From contig CAXXKJ010000001.1 of NCBI GenBank assembly GCA_963675295.2, forward strand, positions 96,001 through 160,000: a stretch of 64,000 bases of DNA, in the 5' to 3' direction. The notes beneath the pieces were generated by a model. It was not told the DNA's origin, ran no database searches, and saw only the letters and a program-made list of their open reading frames with translations. The DNA comes from a bacterium. GTDB lineage: Bacteria > Electryoneota > Electryoneia > Electryoneales > Electryoneaceae. Both the position numbers and the translations under genes were made by a program. Of this stretch, positions 45,544 through 56,005 are shown one piece after another (position 1 is the stretch's first letter; every line of letters begins with the position of its first letter).

Positions 45544-46992
45544 ATGGCCGCTGCCCAGTACACAACCGCACCCGAAGACCGCATTTCGATGGGTCACCGC
45601 CTGATCTACGGGCTCGGCGGGTTTGTCAACAACCTGCTCGCCGCGGCCAGTGGCGGGATGATGATCGTGCTCAACCTCGGGCTCGGGATGAATCCGGCGC
45701 TGGTCGGGCTGCTTGGCGCACTGCCACGTCTCACCGACGCGCTCACCGATCCGTTGATGGGCTACATCTCCGATAACACCAGCACACGTTGGGGACGGCG
45801 CCGGCCTTACATCTTCTGGGGTGCCATCGCGGCGGGTATTATCTTCGCCCTCCTGTGGCAATTGCCACACGACAAGAGCGAAACCTTCTATTTCGTCTGG
45901 TTCCTCGTCGGTTCCATCCTGTTCTACATGGGTTACACCGTGTTCGCGACGCCGTGGGTCGCGCTCGGCTACGAACTGACCCCCGATTACCACGAACGCA
46001 CCCGGCTGATGGGCACGCAGAACTTCATCAGCCAACTCGCGTATGTCGTGTCGCCGTGGTTCCTCTGGATCATGACCTACGAAGGCTTTTTCGAGGACCA
46101 GGTTACCGGCGCGGCGGGACTGGCGATCATCATCGCGGTGTTCACCATCGGCGTCGGTATCCTCCCGGCGATCATCCTGCGTGAACGGTTCAAGGAAGCG
46201 TCACTGAACGGTGAGACCAACGCGATCGCACCGAAGTCGATCCTCGCGAACCTGGTGGAATTCTTCAAGGGATTCGGCACCACGCTGAAGTCCGGCCCGT
46301 TCCTCAAGCTCGGCCTCGCCACCTTCCTCGTGTTCAATGGCTTCATCCTGATCTCGGCGTTCGCGTCGTACGTGATCATCTACTACGTCGCGGGCGGCGA
46401 TCAGAACCTCGGCGCGAAGTATGCCGGTTACGCCGGGACTGTCGGCGCGGCGGGCACGTTCCTGATCATTCCACTCATCACCTGGCTGGCGACGAAGATT
46501 GGCAAACGCCGGGCGTTCTTCGTCTCGACCGGCCTCTCGATCATCGGTTACGCGCTCAAGTGGGTATGCTACACCCCGGAGAATCCGTGGCTGACCCTCG
46601 TCCCGGCGCCGTTCCTGTCCTTCAGCCTCGGCGGGCTGTTCACGCTGATGCCGTCGATGGTGGCGGACGTGGTCGATCTGGACGAGCTGAAAACGCACAA
46701 ACGCCGCGAAGGGATGTACGGCTCGATCTTCTGGTGGGTGGTCAAGCTCGGCATGGCGGCGGCGCTGGCCGGCGGTGGCTACCTGTTGAACTGGACCGGA
46801 TTCGACGTCGAACTCGGCGGCAATCAGTCCGACCGCGCGCTCACCCTGATGCGCCTCGCCGACATGCTGATCCCGATTGTCACTTCACTGATCGCGATCT
46901 GGGCGGTGTGGACGTTCCCGATCACCGAGGAGAAGGCGCACGAGGTCCGGATGGAACTCGAACGCAGACGTGGAAAACCCGGCGAAGCTTGA
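45544..46992 (+). CDS. MFS glycoside-pentoside-hexuronide (GPH) transporter
   Basis: DALTDPLMG..SD.T.TRWGRRRPY, ELTPDYHERT, ADVVD, RREG. Confidence 0.92.
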   Translation: MAAAQYTTAPEDRISMGHRLIYGLGGFVNNLLAAASGGMMIVLNLGLGMNPALVGLLGALPRLTDALTDPLMGYISDNTSTRWGRRRPYIFWGAIAAGIIFALLWQLPHDKSETFYFVWFLVGSILFYMGYTVFATPWVALGYELTPDYHERTRLMGTQNFISQLAYVVSPWFLWIMTYEGFFEDQVTGAAGLAIIIAVFTIGVGILPAIILRERFKEASLNGETNAIAPKSILANLVEFFKGFGTTLKSGPFLKLGLATFLVFNGFILISAFASYVIIYYVAGGDQNLGAKYAGYAGTVGAAGTFLIIPLITWLATKIGKRRAFFVSTGLSIIGYALKWVCYTPENPWLTLVPAPFLSFSLGGLFTLMPSMVADVVDLDELKTHKRREGMYGSIFWWVVKLGMAAALAGGGYLLNWTGFDVELGGNQSDRALTLMRLADMLIPIVTSLIAIWAVWTFPITEEKAHEVRMELERRRGKPGEA

Positions 46993-47014
46993 TCGTTGGA
47001 ATTCAAGCAGCAAC

Positions 47015-47050
47015 GCGAATGCCCACCATCCTCGGACAGTGGGCATTCGC
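47015..47050. terminator. Hairpin between convergent operons
   Basis: GCGAATGCCCAC / GTGGGCATTCGC perfect 12-bp stem. Confidence 0.65.
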
Positions 47051-47088
47051 TGTATGTGAAATGCTCCGCGCTTGTACCTTCAGAGCGA

Positions 47089-49305
47089 TTACGCCATAAG
47101 CTCAAACTCCGCACCCAGATTCGCCGTCGAATCGCCACCGATCCAGACATCAAACCAGCCCGGTTCCGCTTTGAGCCGCATGTCGCGTCCGTAAAACGCG
47201 AGGTCTTCCCTACTCAACTCAAACCGCACCCGTTTCGTCTCGCCCGGCTGCAACCGGACACGCTGGAAACCCTTCAGCTCGCGCACCGGACGTGTCACAC
47301 TGCCGGCCCGATCCCGTACATACAACTGCACCACTTCGGTGCCTTCGCGGGTGCCGATGTTCGTCACCTCCGCCGATACTGCAACCGTCTCGCCCAGCAT
47401 AATCTGATCCGACTCAACCCGGATCGCGTCATACCGGAAACGGGTATAGCTCAGCCCGTACCCGAATGGCCACATCGGTGACGGATCGACATCGAGATGG
47501 AACGACGTATTCCCGAACGAGTGCTGCGACGCACCCTGCTCGATCTCGTCAATGTGACGCACCGACTCCGGTGTCGCGGGACGGCCGGTGTTTTTCTGCG
47601 AATAATAGATCGGGATCTGGCCGGTGACGCGGGGGAACGTCACCGTCAGCTTCCCGACCGGTTCTTCGCGGCCAAACAGCAGGTCAACAATCGCCGGGCC
47701 CGCCATCGTGCCCGGATGCCATGCGTACAGGATCGCATCCACCGACCCAGCGACATCTTGCAACGCCAATGGCCGGCCGGCCATCACGACCAGCACCACC
47801 GGCGTGCCAACCTTCGCGAGCTCATGAATCAGCTCAGCCTGATTGCCCGGCAAGCCGATATCCGCACGTGAATGCGCTTCGCCGCTGAGGATCGACTCTT
47901 CGCCGAGGAACAGCAGTACCACATCCGATTGCCGTGCAGCGGCAATCGCCTCGTCGAAGCCGTCCCGCGAACGGCTGCGAGTCGTCTCCAGCGCTCGAAC
48001 ATGGTTGATCGTGATCCGATCGCCCGCAACCTCGCGCAACGCCTGCAACGGGGTCTGGCTCAGCGCCGGGTCACCGTCAAAGACCCACGTGCCCAGCTGT
48101 TCGTAGCCATCGTCCGCGAGCGGACCAATCACCGCGACCGACTTGACCGCGTCGGGTGACAACGGCAGCAGCCAGTCCTGATTCTTCAGCAAGACACAGC
48201 TTTCCAGCGCTGCCTGTTTCGCCAGGCCCAACGCGTCCGGGCTGCCCGGCTTCGGCACATCAACCGGGATCGTAGTGCGTTCGTCGAACAGTCCGAGCGC
48301 AAATTTCACACGCAGGACATTGGCAACCATCGCGTCGATCTGGGCGATGGTCAATCGGCCTTCGTCAACCAGGTCCGCGAGATGGTCGGCGTAGGTCCGG
48401 CTCGCCATCTCCATGTCCACACCGGCGGACGCCGCCGCGAGGGCGGATGCCTTGTCGCCATCGGTCAGGCCGTGAACCGCCAACTGCGGGATTGATTCCC
48501 AGTCGCTGACCACCATGCCGTTGTAGCCCCACTCCTCGCGCAGGATTTTGCGCAGCAGAAAATCGTTCGCACTGGCGGGGATACCGTCCAGGTCGCTGAA
48601 CGAGGTCATGAAGGTTGCGACACCCGCGTCCGCCGCCGCCTTGAACGGTGGCAGGTGGACGTTGCGCAGCTCGTTTTCCGGGATGTTTGTCGTGTTGTAG
48701 TCGCGTCCGCTCTCGCTTGCACCATAGCCGGCGAAGTGCTTTGCGCACGCCGCGACTGAGGCCGGGTCAGACAGGTCATCACCCTGGAAGCCTTCGATCA
48801 TCGCTTGTCCATACAACGCGGCCAGCCACGGGTCTTCACCGAACGTTTCGGCAACACGGCCCCAGCGTGGATCGCGGCCGATGTCCAGCATCGGGGCGTA
48901 GGTCCAGTTGACACCGGCCGCGACCGCCTCGCGCGCGGCGATCCGCGCCGTGTCGCGCACGATGTCCGGGTTCCAGCTCGCCGCCAATCCGAGGGGGATT
49001 GGGAAGACGGTCTTGAAGCCGTGAATCACGTCGCGCCCGACCAGTAACGGAATCCCGAGCCGGCTGTCCTCACGCGCGATCCGTTGAAACTCACGGATCT
49101 GTTCCGCGCCGACTTCGTTGAGAATGCCGCCGATTTCGCCCGCGGCAATCTGGCTGTTGAACACGTCCGCCTGCTCCGGTCCGGGCGTGTTCATCACGTT
49201 CAGCTGACCGATCTTCTCCGCCAGTGTCATCCGGCTGATCAGCTCCGCGATCCGTTGCTCCAGCGTGGGCGCGACTGGTGTAAGTGTATCTGGTTCCCGT
49301 GCCAC
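47089..49305 (-). CDS. GH3 beta-glucosidase (BglX-like), no signal peptide
   Basis: MTLAEKIGQL, DVIHG, RDPRWGR, KHFAGYG, VSDW, SGEAHSR, Fn3-like C-terminus; GTG start at 49305 after GGAG. Confidence 0.93.
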   Translation of the reverse strand: MAREPDTLTPVAPTLEQRIAELISRMTLAEKIGQLNVMNTPGPEQADVFNSQIAAGEIGGILNEVGAEQIREFQRIAREDSRLGIPLLVGRDVIHGFKTVFPIPLGLAASWNPDIVRDTARIAAREAVAAGVNWTYAPMLDIGRDPRWGRVAETFGEDPWLAALYGQAMIEGFQGDDLSDPASVAACAKHFAGYGASESGRDYNTTNIPENELRNVHLPPFKAAADAGVATFMTSFSDLDGIPASANDFLLRKILREEWGYNGMVVSDWESIPQLAVHGLTDGDKASALAAASAGVDMEMASRTYADHLADLVDEGRLTIAQIDAMVANVLRVKFALGLFDERTTIPVDVPKPGSPDALGLAKQAALESCVLLKNQDWLLPLSPDAVKSVAVIGPLADDGYEQLGTWVFDGDPALSQTPLQALREVAGDRITINHVRALETTRSRSRDGFDEAIAAARQSDVVLLFLGEESILSGEAHSRADIGLPGNQAELIHELAKVGTPVVLVVMAGRPLALQDVAGSVDAILYAWHPGTMAGPAIVDLLFGREEPVGKLTVTFPRVTGQIPIYYSQKNTGRPATPESVRHIDEIEQGASQHSFGNTSFHLDVDPSPMWPFGYGLSYTRFRYDAIRVESDQIMLGETVAVSAEVTNIGTREGTEVVQLYVRDRAGSVTRPVRELKGFQRVRLQPGETKRVRFELSREDLAFYGRDMRLKAEPGWFDVWIGGDSTANLGAEFELMA

Positions 49306-49325
49306 AAATACTCCGTGCTGCTCGT

Positions 49326-52300
49326 CTAGTTTCCGATGGTGAGACTCAGGTACGTGCGAATCTCCCACTCGCTGCCCTGTGACAGGCCCGGTGTTTCGGT
49401 GTCGCAGGTTACATTGCCGCTGGCGTCAACGATCGTCGCCGGGCAATACCGCGGCGAATACTGGTCGAGTGACCGCCACGTAACCCGCACGCCAAACCGT
49501 GTCTGCGGCTCGTCAAACCACTCCGGCATCCCGACGAACGTCGACACATCACCCACCAATTGCAGCGGATACGTCAGGTTGAAGTCCTTGTGGTAATCGT
49601 ACGGACCCCAGTCATTCACTTTCGCGGACGCGATGAACTTGAACGAATCCAGAATCAACCGCACGTCGCCACCGTACCGTTCGACCAGCCGGGGATCATT
49701 GCCGTTCGGCTCGCCGGTGCCGACAAATACGTTGGTCACCAGTCCGAAGCCCGGCCACGCTTTCGACACCATCCGGGAATACACTTCCCACAGGTCACGC
49801 GCGGGCGTGGCGCCCGGGAAGGCGAATGATGTAACTCCATCCTCAAGGATGCCGATCGCCGCGTCCTGCGTCGTCGGGTGATGCTTGAAGACAAAGCCGA
49901 GGTTGCCGGCAAACGCGGCATCTTCGCGCAGGTCGTTGTCCCAGTCGTACATCCAGGTCGCCGGGGTTGGGTCATAGGTCAGCAGGATTTCGCCTGCGGT
50001 CGTCTCACGGTTGGCCCGCACCGCGAACGCGTCGTCGAGGATGTTGCGCGGACGTCCCGGAGTGGGCACATCGCCCGGGATCGGCCCGACAATCGGCTTC
50101 TGCCAGAGGAAGTTCGGCGCGATGGTCCAGTTGCCGATCATGTAGGTGAAGCCGGTGATCACGTTGTTCTGGTTCCCGCTGCCGGAATCGGCCAGCCGCC
50201 AGCCGGTGAAGGTCTGCACCGCCGTCGGACCTCCATCTGCCACCAGCCCCATCGAGGCGGCCTGCAGGTACCAGTTCCAACGGCCATACGAGAACGTGAA
50301 CTTGACCTTGCCGCCGAAAGTGTCTGTATCCTTGATCTCGTCCTGCAACACGGTGTAGTTGCCGGAAGACCCTTCGACGAACTGGAAGGAGTCGCCGATT
50401 CGTTCGCGCCCACCGACGATCCCACCGATCTGAATTCCGAACGGACCCTTTTCCGTCTCGAGCGCCAGGGTCACCTTCTCCGTCGAGGGGGACGGGATCG
50501 CGATGGAACTGACCGCCGCGTCACGCTGCTCGAGGTCGCGCTGGTATACTGCCGATGCCAGCACCGGGCCAATATCATACTGATACTTCGCCAGCACCGC
50601 CGGGTTCGCACCCCACCACAACTGCGGACCGAATGCCAACACCAGGTTGTTCAACGCACGCTTGCCAGCCACCTCGAAACCAACCGGCGCCTCACCGTTG
50701 TAGATGTCGATGTTCTCGCCGTAATTCGCCTCACGGTACAGGCCGAAGAAGTCGCCCTCATACCCCCAGTGATAATGCCCGGTGCGGTAGAACCCGTCCA
50801 GATTGAACCAGTGATCCTCCCAGTGGATGCTCGCCTGGTACAGTTTCACCCGCTCGACGTCGGTCAACTCTTTGGTGCCGGAGGTGGTTTGTACCGTCAC
50901 CGGACGGCCGCGATTCTCGTAGAAGATCTCGTCGATCGGGTTGGTCGGCACGTTGCCGAGGATGTTAAGCGTCGCATATCCGGTTACGTTGTCCGCCGGA
51001 GTCGCCTCGAACGTGGTGTACACCGACTGCATGTGATCGAAGCCGAGGAACGCGGGGTAGGTATCGCTGGTCGACGACGGCTGGTCCGGTGTGCTGATGT
51101 TCGTCCCGCCGGTGCTGTACGTTTCCATATCGACCCGTAAGCCGCTCAACCGTACCCGGCGCAGGGTTTCCGTCTGTAGCGCGGCCTTGTCGGAACGCGC
51201 CTCGAGCGTCGCGCCGAGCGGATTGATATTCGCGAAATGCGCGTTGATCTCCGCCAGACCGACCTCCGGCGCGTACGGGTTCAGCTCATGCGCCTGCTTC
51301 AACGCATAGTACGCCGCGCGCGGATACAGCTGGTAAATCCCCGCGCTGTTCGGCATGCCCTTGGCGCAAATACCCCACCACTCCTCATTCATGTTGTTTT
51401 CGCCCGGAATGAAGTCGTCGGGGTAGCCGTCGTTGGGCCAGGACGCGTTGATATCATGCACTTCCAGGTTGCTGGTCTGCTCGAATTTCCACCAGCCGTC
51501 GCTGAACTGGAAAGTCATCCCGCCGATGGAGTTGTCCGCGAGGCCGTGCCCGGCGGCGTTCGCGTAAATCTCCCGCCACTGGCTGATCAGGTACCGTGCC
51601 TGCATCTGTTGATCTTCGCTCAACGTTTTCGCGTTGAACGCGTCCGAACCGAACTCGGTGAACACAATCGGCACACCCAGCTTCTCCTTGACCACCTCAA
51701 ATGCGTCACGGAAGGAATACCCGCGGTACATGTTGGTGCCGAAAATGTCGAGGTTGCCCGCCTCGGACGCGATCAGGTCGATGTACTGCACGTCCCCGTT
51801 GGCGATGGCGACGGGACGCATGTCGTCGATGCCGTGAATCGCGTCGATGATCTCACCGTACAGGGAATAGAGGTAACGCGCGCGGGCGGTGTCACGTTCG
51901 CCTTCCGGCAACGCTTCGGTCTCGGCCGAGGACCACGTCAGCCCATAGTTGTTCTCGTTGCCGAGCAGCCACATCAGGATGCCGGGCGTGTCCCGATACT
52001 GTTCGACCAGGCCGGTGATCTCGTCCTTGAGCGAGGCACGGGTCAGCTCGTCCGAATAGTCTGTGCTCGGGATGTACAAGCCGTCAATCGTGACACCATA
52101 CCGGCCCATCGGATGGTTCAGCACGGTGTAAATGCCGTAGGTCTCGTAAATGTACTGCACCCACTCGGGTGGGACACCGACATACTGCCGGATCACATTC
52201 ACGCCCATGTTCTTCAGCAGCAGCATCTCACCGTGCAACGCCTCCCGGATCACCTCTTCCGGTTGATTCCACAAGGCGTAGTTGTAGTTGTCGCCGATCG

Positions 52301-52508
52301 GGATGTAGTCCCAGTTCATCCCGTTGATGATGAAGTCCTCACCGTTCACCTGCAGCCGTGACCCGCTGGCGTCATTCACCACCTGCACCCGGTCAACACC
52401 GGCCAGCGCCGGGAGGGCAACACCGAGGATCAGCAGTGCCAGCAACAGCAACAGGCTACGTCCACGCAATCCCGCTGCACGGTTCCGGTTCGCCGTAAGG
52501 ATTCCCAT
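49326..52508 (-). CDS. Secreted clan GH-A (GH2-TIM-like) glycosidase with a ~600-aa beta-rich C-terminal region
   Basis: Signal peptide; MGVNVIRQY, WLLGNENNY, FTEFG, FQFSDGWWK, NEEWWG; C-terminal amphipathic strands. Confidence 0.8.
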   Translation of the reverse strand: MGILTANRNRAAGLRGRSLLLLLALLILGVALPALAGVDRVQVVNDASGSRLQVNGEDFIINGMNWDYIPIGDNYNYALWNQPEEVIREALHGEMLLLKNMGVNVIRQYVGVPPEWVQYIYETYGIYTVLNHPMGRYGVTIDGLYIPSTDYSDELTRASLKDEITGLVEQYRDTPGILMWLLGNENNYGLTWSSAETEALPEGERDTARARYLYSLYGEIIDAIHGIDDMRPVAIANGDVQYIDLIASEAGNLDIFGTNMYRGYSFRDAFEVVKEKLGVPIVFTEFGSDAFNAKTLSEDQQMQARYLISQWREIYANAAGHGLADNSIGGMTFQFSDGWWKFEQTSNLEVHDINASWPNDGYPDDFIPGENNMNEEWWGICAKGMPNSAGIYQLYPRAAYYALKQAHELNPYAPEVGLAEINAHFANINPLGATLEARSDKAALQTETLRRVRLSGLRVDMETYSTGGTNISTPDQPSSTSDTYPAFLGFDHMQSVYTTFEATPADNVTGYATLNILGNVPTNPIDEIFYENRGRPVTVQTTSGTKELTDVERVKLYQASIHWEDHWFNLDGFYRTGHYHWGYEGDFFGLYREANYGENIDIYNGEAPVGFEVAGKRALNNLVLAFGPQLWWGANPAVLAKYQYDIGPVLASAVYQRDLEQRDAAVSSIAIPSPSTEKVTLALETEKGPFGIQIGGIVGGRERIGDSFQFVEGSSGNYTVLQDEIKDTDTFGGKVKFTFSYGRWNWYLQAASMGLVADGGPTAVQTFTGWRLADSGSGNQNNVITGFTYMIGNWTIAPNFLWQKPIVGPIPGDVPTPGRPRNILDDAFAVRANRETTAGEILLTYDPTPATWMYDWDNDLREDAAFAGNLGFVFKHHPTTQDAAIGILEDGVTSFAFPGATPARDLWEVYSRMVSKAWPGFGLVTNVFVGTGEPNGNDPRLVERYGGDVRLILDSFKFIASAKVNDWGPYDYHKDFNLTYPLQLVGDVSTFVGMPEWFDEPQTRFGVRVTWRSLDQYSPRYCPATIVDASGNVTCDTETPGLSQGSEWEIRTYLSLTIGN

Positions 52509-52607
52509 CGCATACTCCCAGCAAAATCGCCCACGAATCCCCGGCGCTGTTGACGCTTTCAACGTCACCTACCGCCCGGACTCGAGGCCGGCCACGTCCC
52601 CAACGGG

Positions 52608-52656
52608 ACTTTGTTTTCTTGCCGAACAAAGTAAGCCCGTGAGCCCCGGGAGTCAA
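52608..52656 (-). promoter_or_regulatory. Sigma70 promoter overlapped by ROK-type operator 4
   Basis: Minus strand TTGACT-N17-TACTTT; operator ACTTTGT-N11-ACAAAGT at 52608-52632. Confidence 0.85.
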
Positions 52657-52722
52657 GAGCGGGACGGAACATTGAGACAAAACCTGACGGTTGCGGGCTC
52701 TGATTCTGTGGCTGTGAGGTCC

Positions 52723-52755
52723 AGAAGAAAACCCGGCATCGTGCGACACCGGGTT
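52723..52755 (-). terminator. Intrinsic terminator
   Basis: Minus strand AACCCGGTGTC..GATGCCGGGTT plus TTCTTCT. Confidence 0.65.
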
Positions 52756-52790
52756 GTGTTTCACTGACAACTGAGTACTGACCACTGTCC

Positions 52791-55700
52791 TTACCGGACC
52801 AACATCACCTTCTGAGTCTGGTTGAGCTGACCGGGGACAGACGCGTGGATGAAGTACGCGCCACTGGCGAAATTCGTCGCGTCGAACGCCAGCTCGTGCG
52901 TCCCCGCCTGCGTATACCCATCCACCAGCCGCGCGACAGTCTGGCCGAGGGTGTTGACCACGGTGACCGTCAGGTCGGACGCTTCCGGCAGCGAGACACG
53001 CACCGTCGTCATCGCGTTGAACGGGTTCGGGTACGCTTCGTGCATCACAAAACCGGTCGGTACCGCGGCATCCGTCTGCTCATCCGCGATCCAGCTGCCG
53101 CCACCTGCCGGCCAGTCAGCGTAGACCATGCCCGCGGCATCGGTCCCGTTGCTCAGCTTGGTGAAGCTGAAGGACTCGGTAAACAGCGGGTTGTTGACGT
53201 TCAGGCCGAGGTGGGCACGGAACTCGTGCGTTCCGGCGGGCGCGTTGCTGGGAATTTCCTGCGTCAGGCCGGTGACGGTCGCGTTGAAGAACGGTGTCAT
53301 CGTGAACGTCTGGTGGAACAATGGACCGAACACATTACCGTTTTGCAGCTCGACACTGGTCCAGAAGTCGACGCCCGGATAGCTCTGCGCGAGCGAACTC
53401 TGCAACGAGACCGTGTACACCAGCGTTCCGCCCGAGGCCGGGATCGTGGTCGAGGAGGTCGGGGTGACGTTAAACGTGACCGGCGAGGGATTTCCGAGCG
53501 CGATGCTGTACATCGAGCGGCCGTGCGTGCCGGCAACCAGACGGCGCTCGCTGGCGATGAACTCGATGTCGAACACGGCGGACATTGGCAGGCCCTGGCC
53601 GAGCGCGGCCCAGGTGTCGCCTTCATTGGTGGTGAAGAAAACGCCGAAGTCGGTCCCGACGTAATACCGGCTCGGATCGTCCGGATCGATGATGATATCG
53701 TTGACCGGACCTTCAGGAAGTTCACCGGCGCCGGTGCCGGAGACGGAGTACCAGGTCGCGCCGAGGTTGTCGCTGCGATAAACATGCGGCGTCGGGTCAC
53801 TGACACGGTGTCCGGAGAAGGTGCAGAAAATCGTGTTCGGCTCGGTGGGGTGGAACGCCACGCGGCTGACCCACATCTCCGGCAGGGCGCTGTCGATCCG
53901 GGTCCAGTTGGAACCACCGTTCTGCGTGACCCAGACATTCGCGTCGTCCGTGCCGACCACGATGTAGTTTGGTTGTACCGCGCTGGCGGCAATGGTGGTG
54001 ATGGTGCCGAAGGTCAGCGAGCCGGGATCATCGCCGTCGGTGAGATCGCCCGAGATCGTGTTCCAGTCGCTCCCCCGGTTGTTCGTGCGATAAACGCGGT
54101 ACGATCCGAAATACAGCCGGTCGTAATTGAACGGGTCGAAACAGAAAGGCGACATCCAGTTGCAGCGGTCGCTCCACCATTCGGAAATGCCGTAGAACGA
54201 TGCGCCGCCGTTGGTGGACCGGGCCATGTTGCCGTTCTGCGATTCCGCGTAGGCATACCCGTTGTCACGTGGGTCGACAAGGCAGTAGAACCCGTCCCCG
54301 CCGTAGATACGGTCCCAGTCACCTGTACCGCCGTTGACCGTCCGCATCGTGCCGTTGTCCTGCGTGCCGCCGAACAACCGTTCCGGGTGCGACGGGTCGT
54401 GGCAGATGGCGTAAAACTGTGTCGCGCCGAGGGAATTGAACTCGGTGGAGGTGCTCCCGCGATTCGTGGAACGGTCCAGACCGCCGTCGTGACCGGAGGT
54501 CACATGCGACGGGTTGTTCGGATCGATCCAGAAGGCGTGATGGTCGGCGTGGGCATTGTCAAACTCCGTCGACCAGGACGCGCCGCCGTCAAGGCTGCGA
54601 ATGACGTCAACACCAGCGACGTAGATCACGTTCGGATTGCCCGGCTCGACAATGCTTTCGCCGAAGTACCAGCCGAAGGTCGAGTACAGGTTGTCGTCAT
54701 AGCCGCCAATGTCGATGCTGGTCCACGTGTCGCCGCCGTTGTCGCTGCGCCAGCTGCCGTAGTACGGTGTGCTGCTGGAGCCGGGGTACGGTGTCCCCGA
54801 ATGGAAGAGGTAGAGACGGTCCGGATTGTCCGGCGAGATGGCGAGCGCGCCACGACCGAGATTTGGATCGTTGCTCGGGATGCCGTTGGTCAGCTGCTGC
54901 CATGTGTCGCCGCCGTCCGTGCTGCGCCACACACCGCTGTCATCGCCGGCGACCTCGCGGGTCGAAGGCGTGCGGTAGCGTTCCCACATCACCGCGTAGA
55001 CGATATCCGGGTTCAGCTCGTTAATCTCGATGTCGATGCAGCCGGTGGTCTCGTTGATGTAATGAACCAGCTCCCACGTGTCGCCGCCATCTTCCGTGCG
55101 GTACACGCCGCGCTCCGTGTTTGTCCCGAACAACTTTCCCGCGACCGCGACGAAGATCCGGTCGCTGTCAGTCGGGTCGACGACAATTCGCCCGATGTGA
55201 TACGATTCCGGCAGACCCTTGTATGTCCAGGTGGCACCCGCATCTTCGGTCAGGTAAATGCCGACTCCCGGGTAGCTGTCGCCGGAAGCATTCGCTTCGC
55301 CGGTCCCGAACCAGATCCGGTTGGGATCGTTGGGATCCATCGCCAACGCGCCCGCCGACTGAGCATAATCTTCGTCAAAGATTGGCGTGAAGTTCATCCC
55401 GTAGTCGTAGGACTTGAACACACCGCCGACCGCGCCGCCGGCGTACACGACGCCCGGGTTCGAGGGGTGCACCGCCAGAGCCGTGATGCGTCCGCCGATG
55501 TTCGTCGGACCTTCAAACAGCCAGGTTTCCTCCAACGGTGAGACCTGCTGCCGCATCACGTTGGCGCGCTCACGCCCCGCGCGCACGGCGTCCATGTTCA
55601 ACGTGCCGTCCGGCCCGACACGCTGCGCCATGAACCAGTCGTTCGGTTCTTTCACCGGGCCGCGCAGCTCGGCTTTCATATCCTGCATCAGCGCCGGAGT

Positions 55701-55805
55701 CATCAGGTAGGGGGCTCGTTCTGTGGGCTGCGGCACAAACCAGATCAACAGCAGCAGTACCGAGGCCAGGAAAAATGCGGTGACGGGGTGGGTGAACGAG
55801 CGCAT
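52791..55805 (-). CDS. BNR/Asp-box (VPS10-like) beta-propeller protein with sorting domain
   Basis: GPTNIGGRI, many SxDGGxTW boxes, HADHH, GGTQDNG, GTHGRS; YPNPFN tail. Confidence 0.87.
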   Translation of the reverse strand: MRSFTHPVTAFFLASVLLLLIWFVPQPTERAPYLMTPALMQDMKAELRGPVKEPNDWFMAQRVGPDGTLNMDAVRAGRERANVMRQQVSPLEETWLFEGPTNIGGRITALAVHPSNPGVVYAGGAVGGVFKSYDYGMNFTPIFDEDYAQSAGALAMDPNDPNRIWFGTGEANASGDSYPGVGIYLTEDAGATWTYKGLPESYHIGRIVVDPTDSDRIFVAVAGKLFGTNTERGVYRTEDGGDTWELVHYINETTGCIDIEINELNPDIVYAVMWERYRTPSTREVAGDDSGVWRSTDGGDTWQQLTNGIPSNDPNLGRGALAISPDNPDRLYLFHSGTPYPGSSSTPYYGSWRSDNGGDTWTSIDIGGYDDNLYSTFGWYFGESIVEPGNPNVIYVAGVDVIRSLDGGASWSTEFDNAHADHHAFWIDPNNPSHVTSGHDGGLDRSTNRGSTSTEFNSLGATQFYAICHDPSHPERLFGGTQDNGTMRTVNGGTGDWDRIYGGDGFYCLVDPRDNGYAYAESQNGNMARSTNGGASFYGISEWWSDRCNWMSPFCFDPFNYDRLYFGSYRVYRTNNRGSDWNTISGDLTDGDDPGSLTFGTITTIAASAVQPNYIVVGTDDANVWVTQNGGSNWTRIDSALPEMWVSRVAFHPTEPNTIFCTFSGHRVSDPTPHVYRSDNLGATWYSVSGTGAGELPEGPVNDIIIDPDDPSRYYVGTDFGVFFTTNEGDTWAALGQGLPMSAVFDIEFIASERRLVAGTHGRSMYSIALGNPSPVTFNVTPTSSTTIPASGGTLVYTVSLQSSLAQSYPGVDFWTSVELQNGNVFGPLFHQTFTMTPFFNATVTGLTQEIPSNAPAGTHEFRAHLGLNVNNPLFTESFSFTKLSNGTDAAGMVYADWPAGGGSWIADEQTDAAVPTGFVMHEAYPNPFNAMTTVRVSLPEASDLTVTVVNTLGQTVARLVDGYTQAGTHELAFDATNFASGAYFIHASVPGQLNQTQKVMLVR

Positions 55806-56005
55806 GTGTCAGCTCCAACAGTTTGAGTTTCAGATCCAGGTGGCAGACGCACTCATGCCAATGTTTCAAGGTCATCTGGAATATAGGCGGCAGCATTCAG
55901 GGATTGTGCAGAATGGCTCAAGAAGTCGAAAAATCATCAAGGTGCGTGCCTCCACCTCTTCGCCCGTCATAGACTGACTGATTCCTGCCTCACTGTCCCA
56001 AGTCT

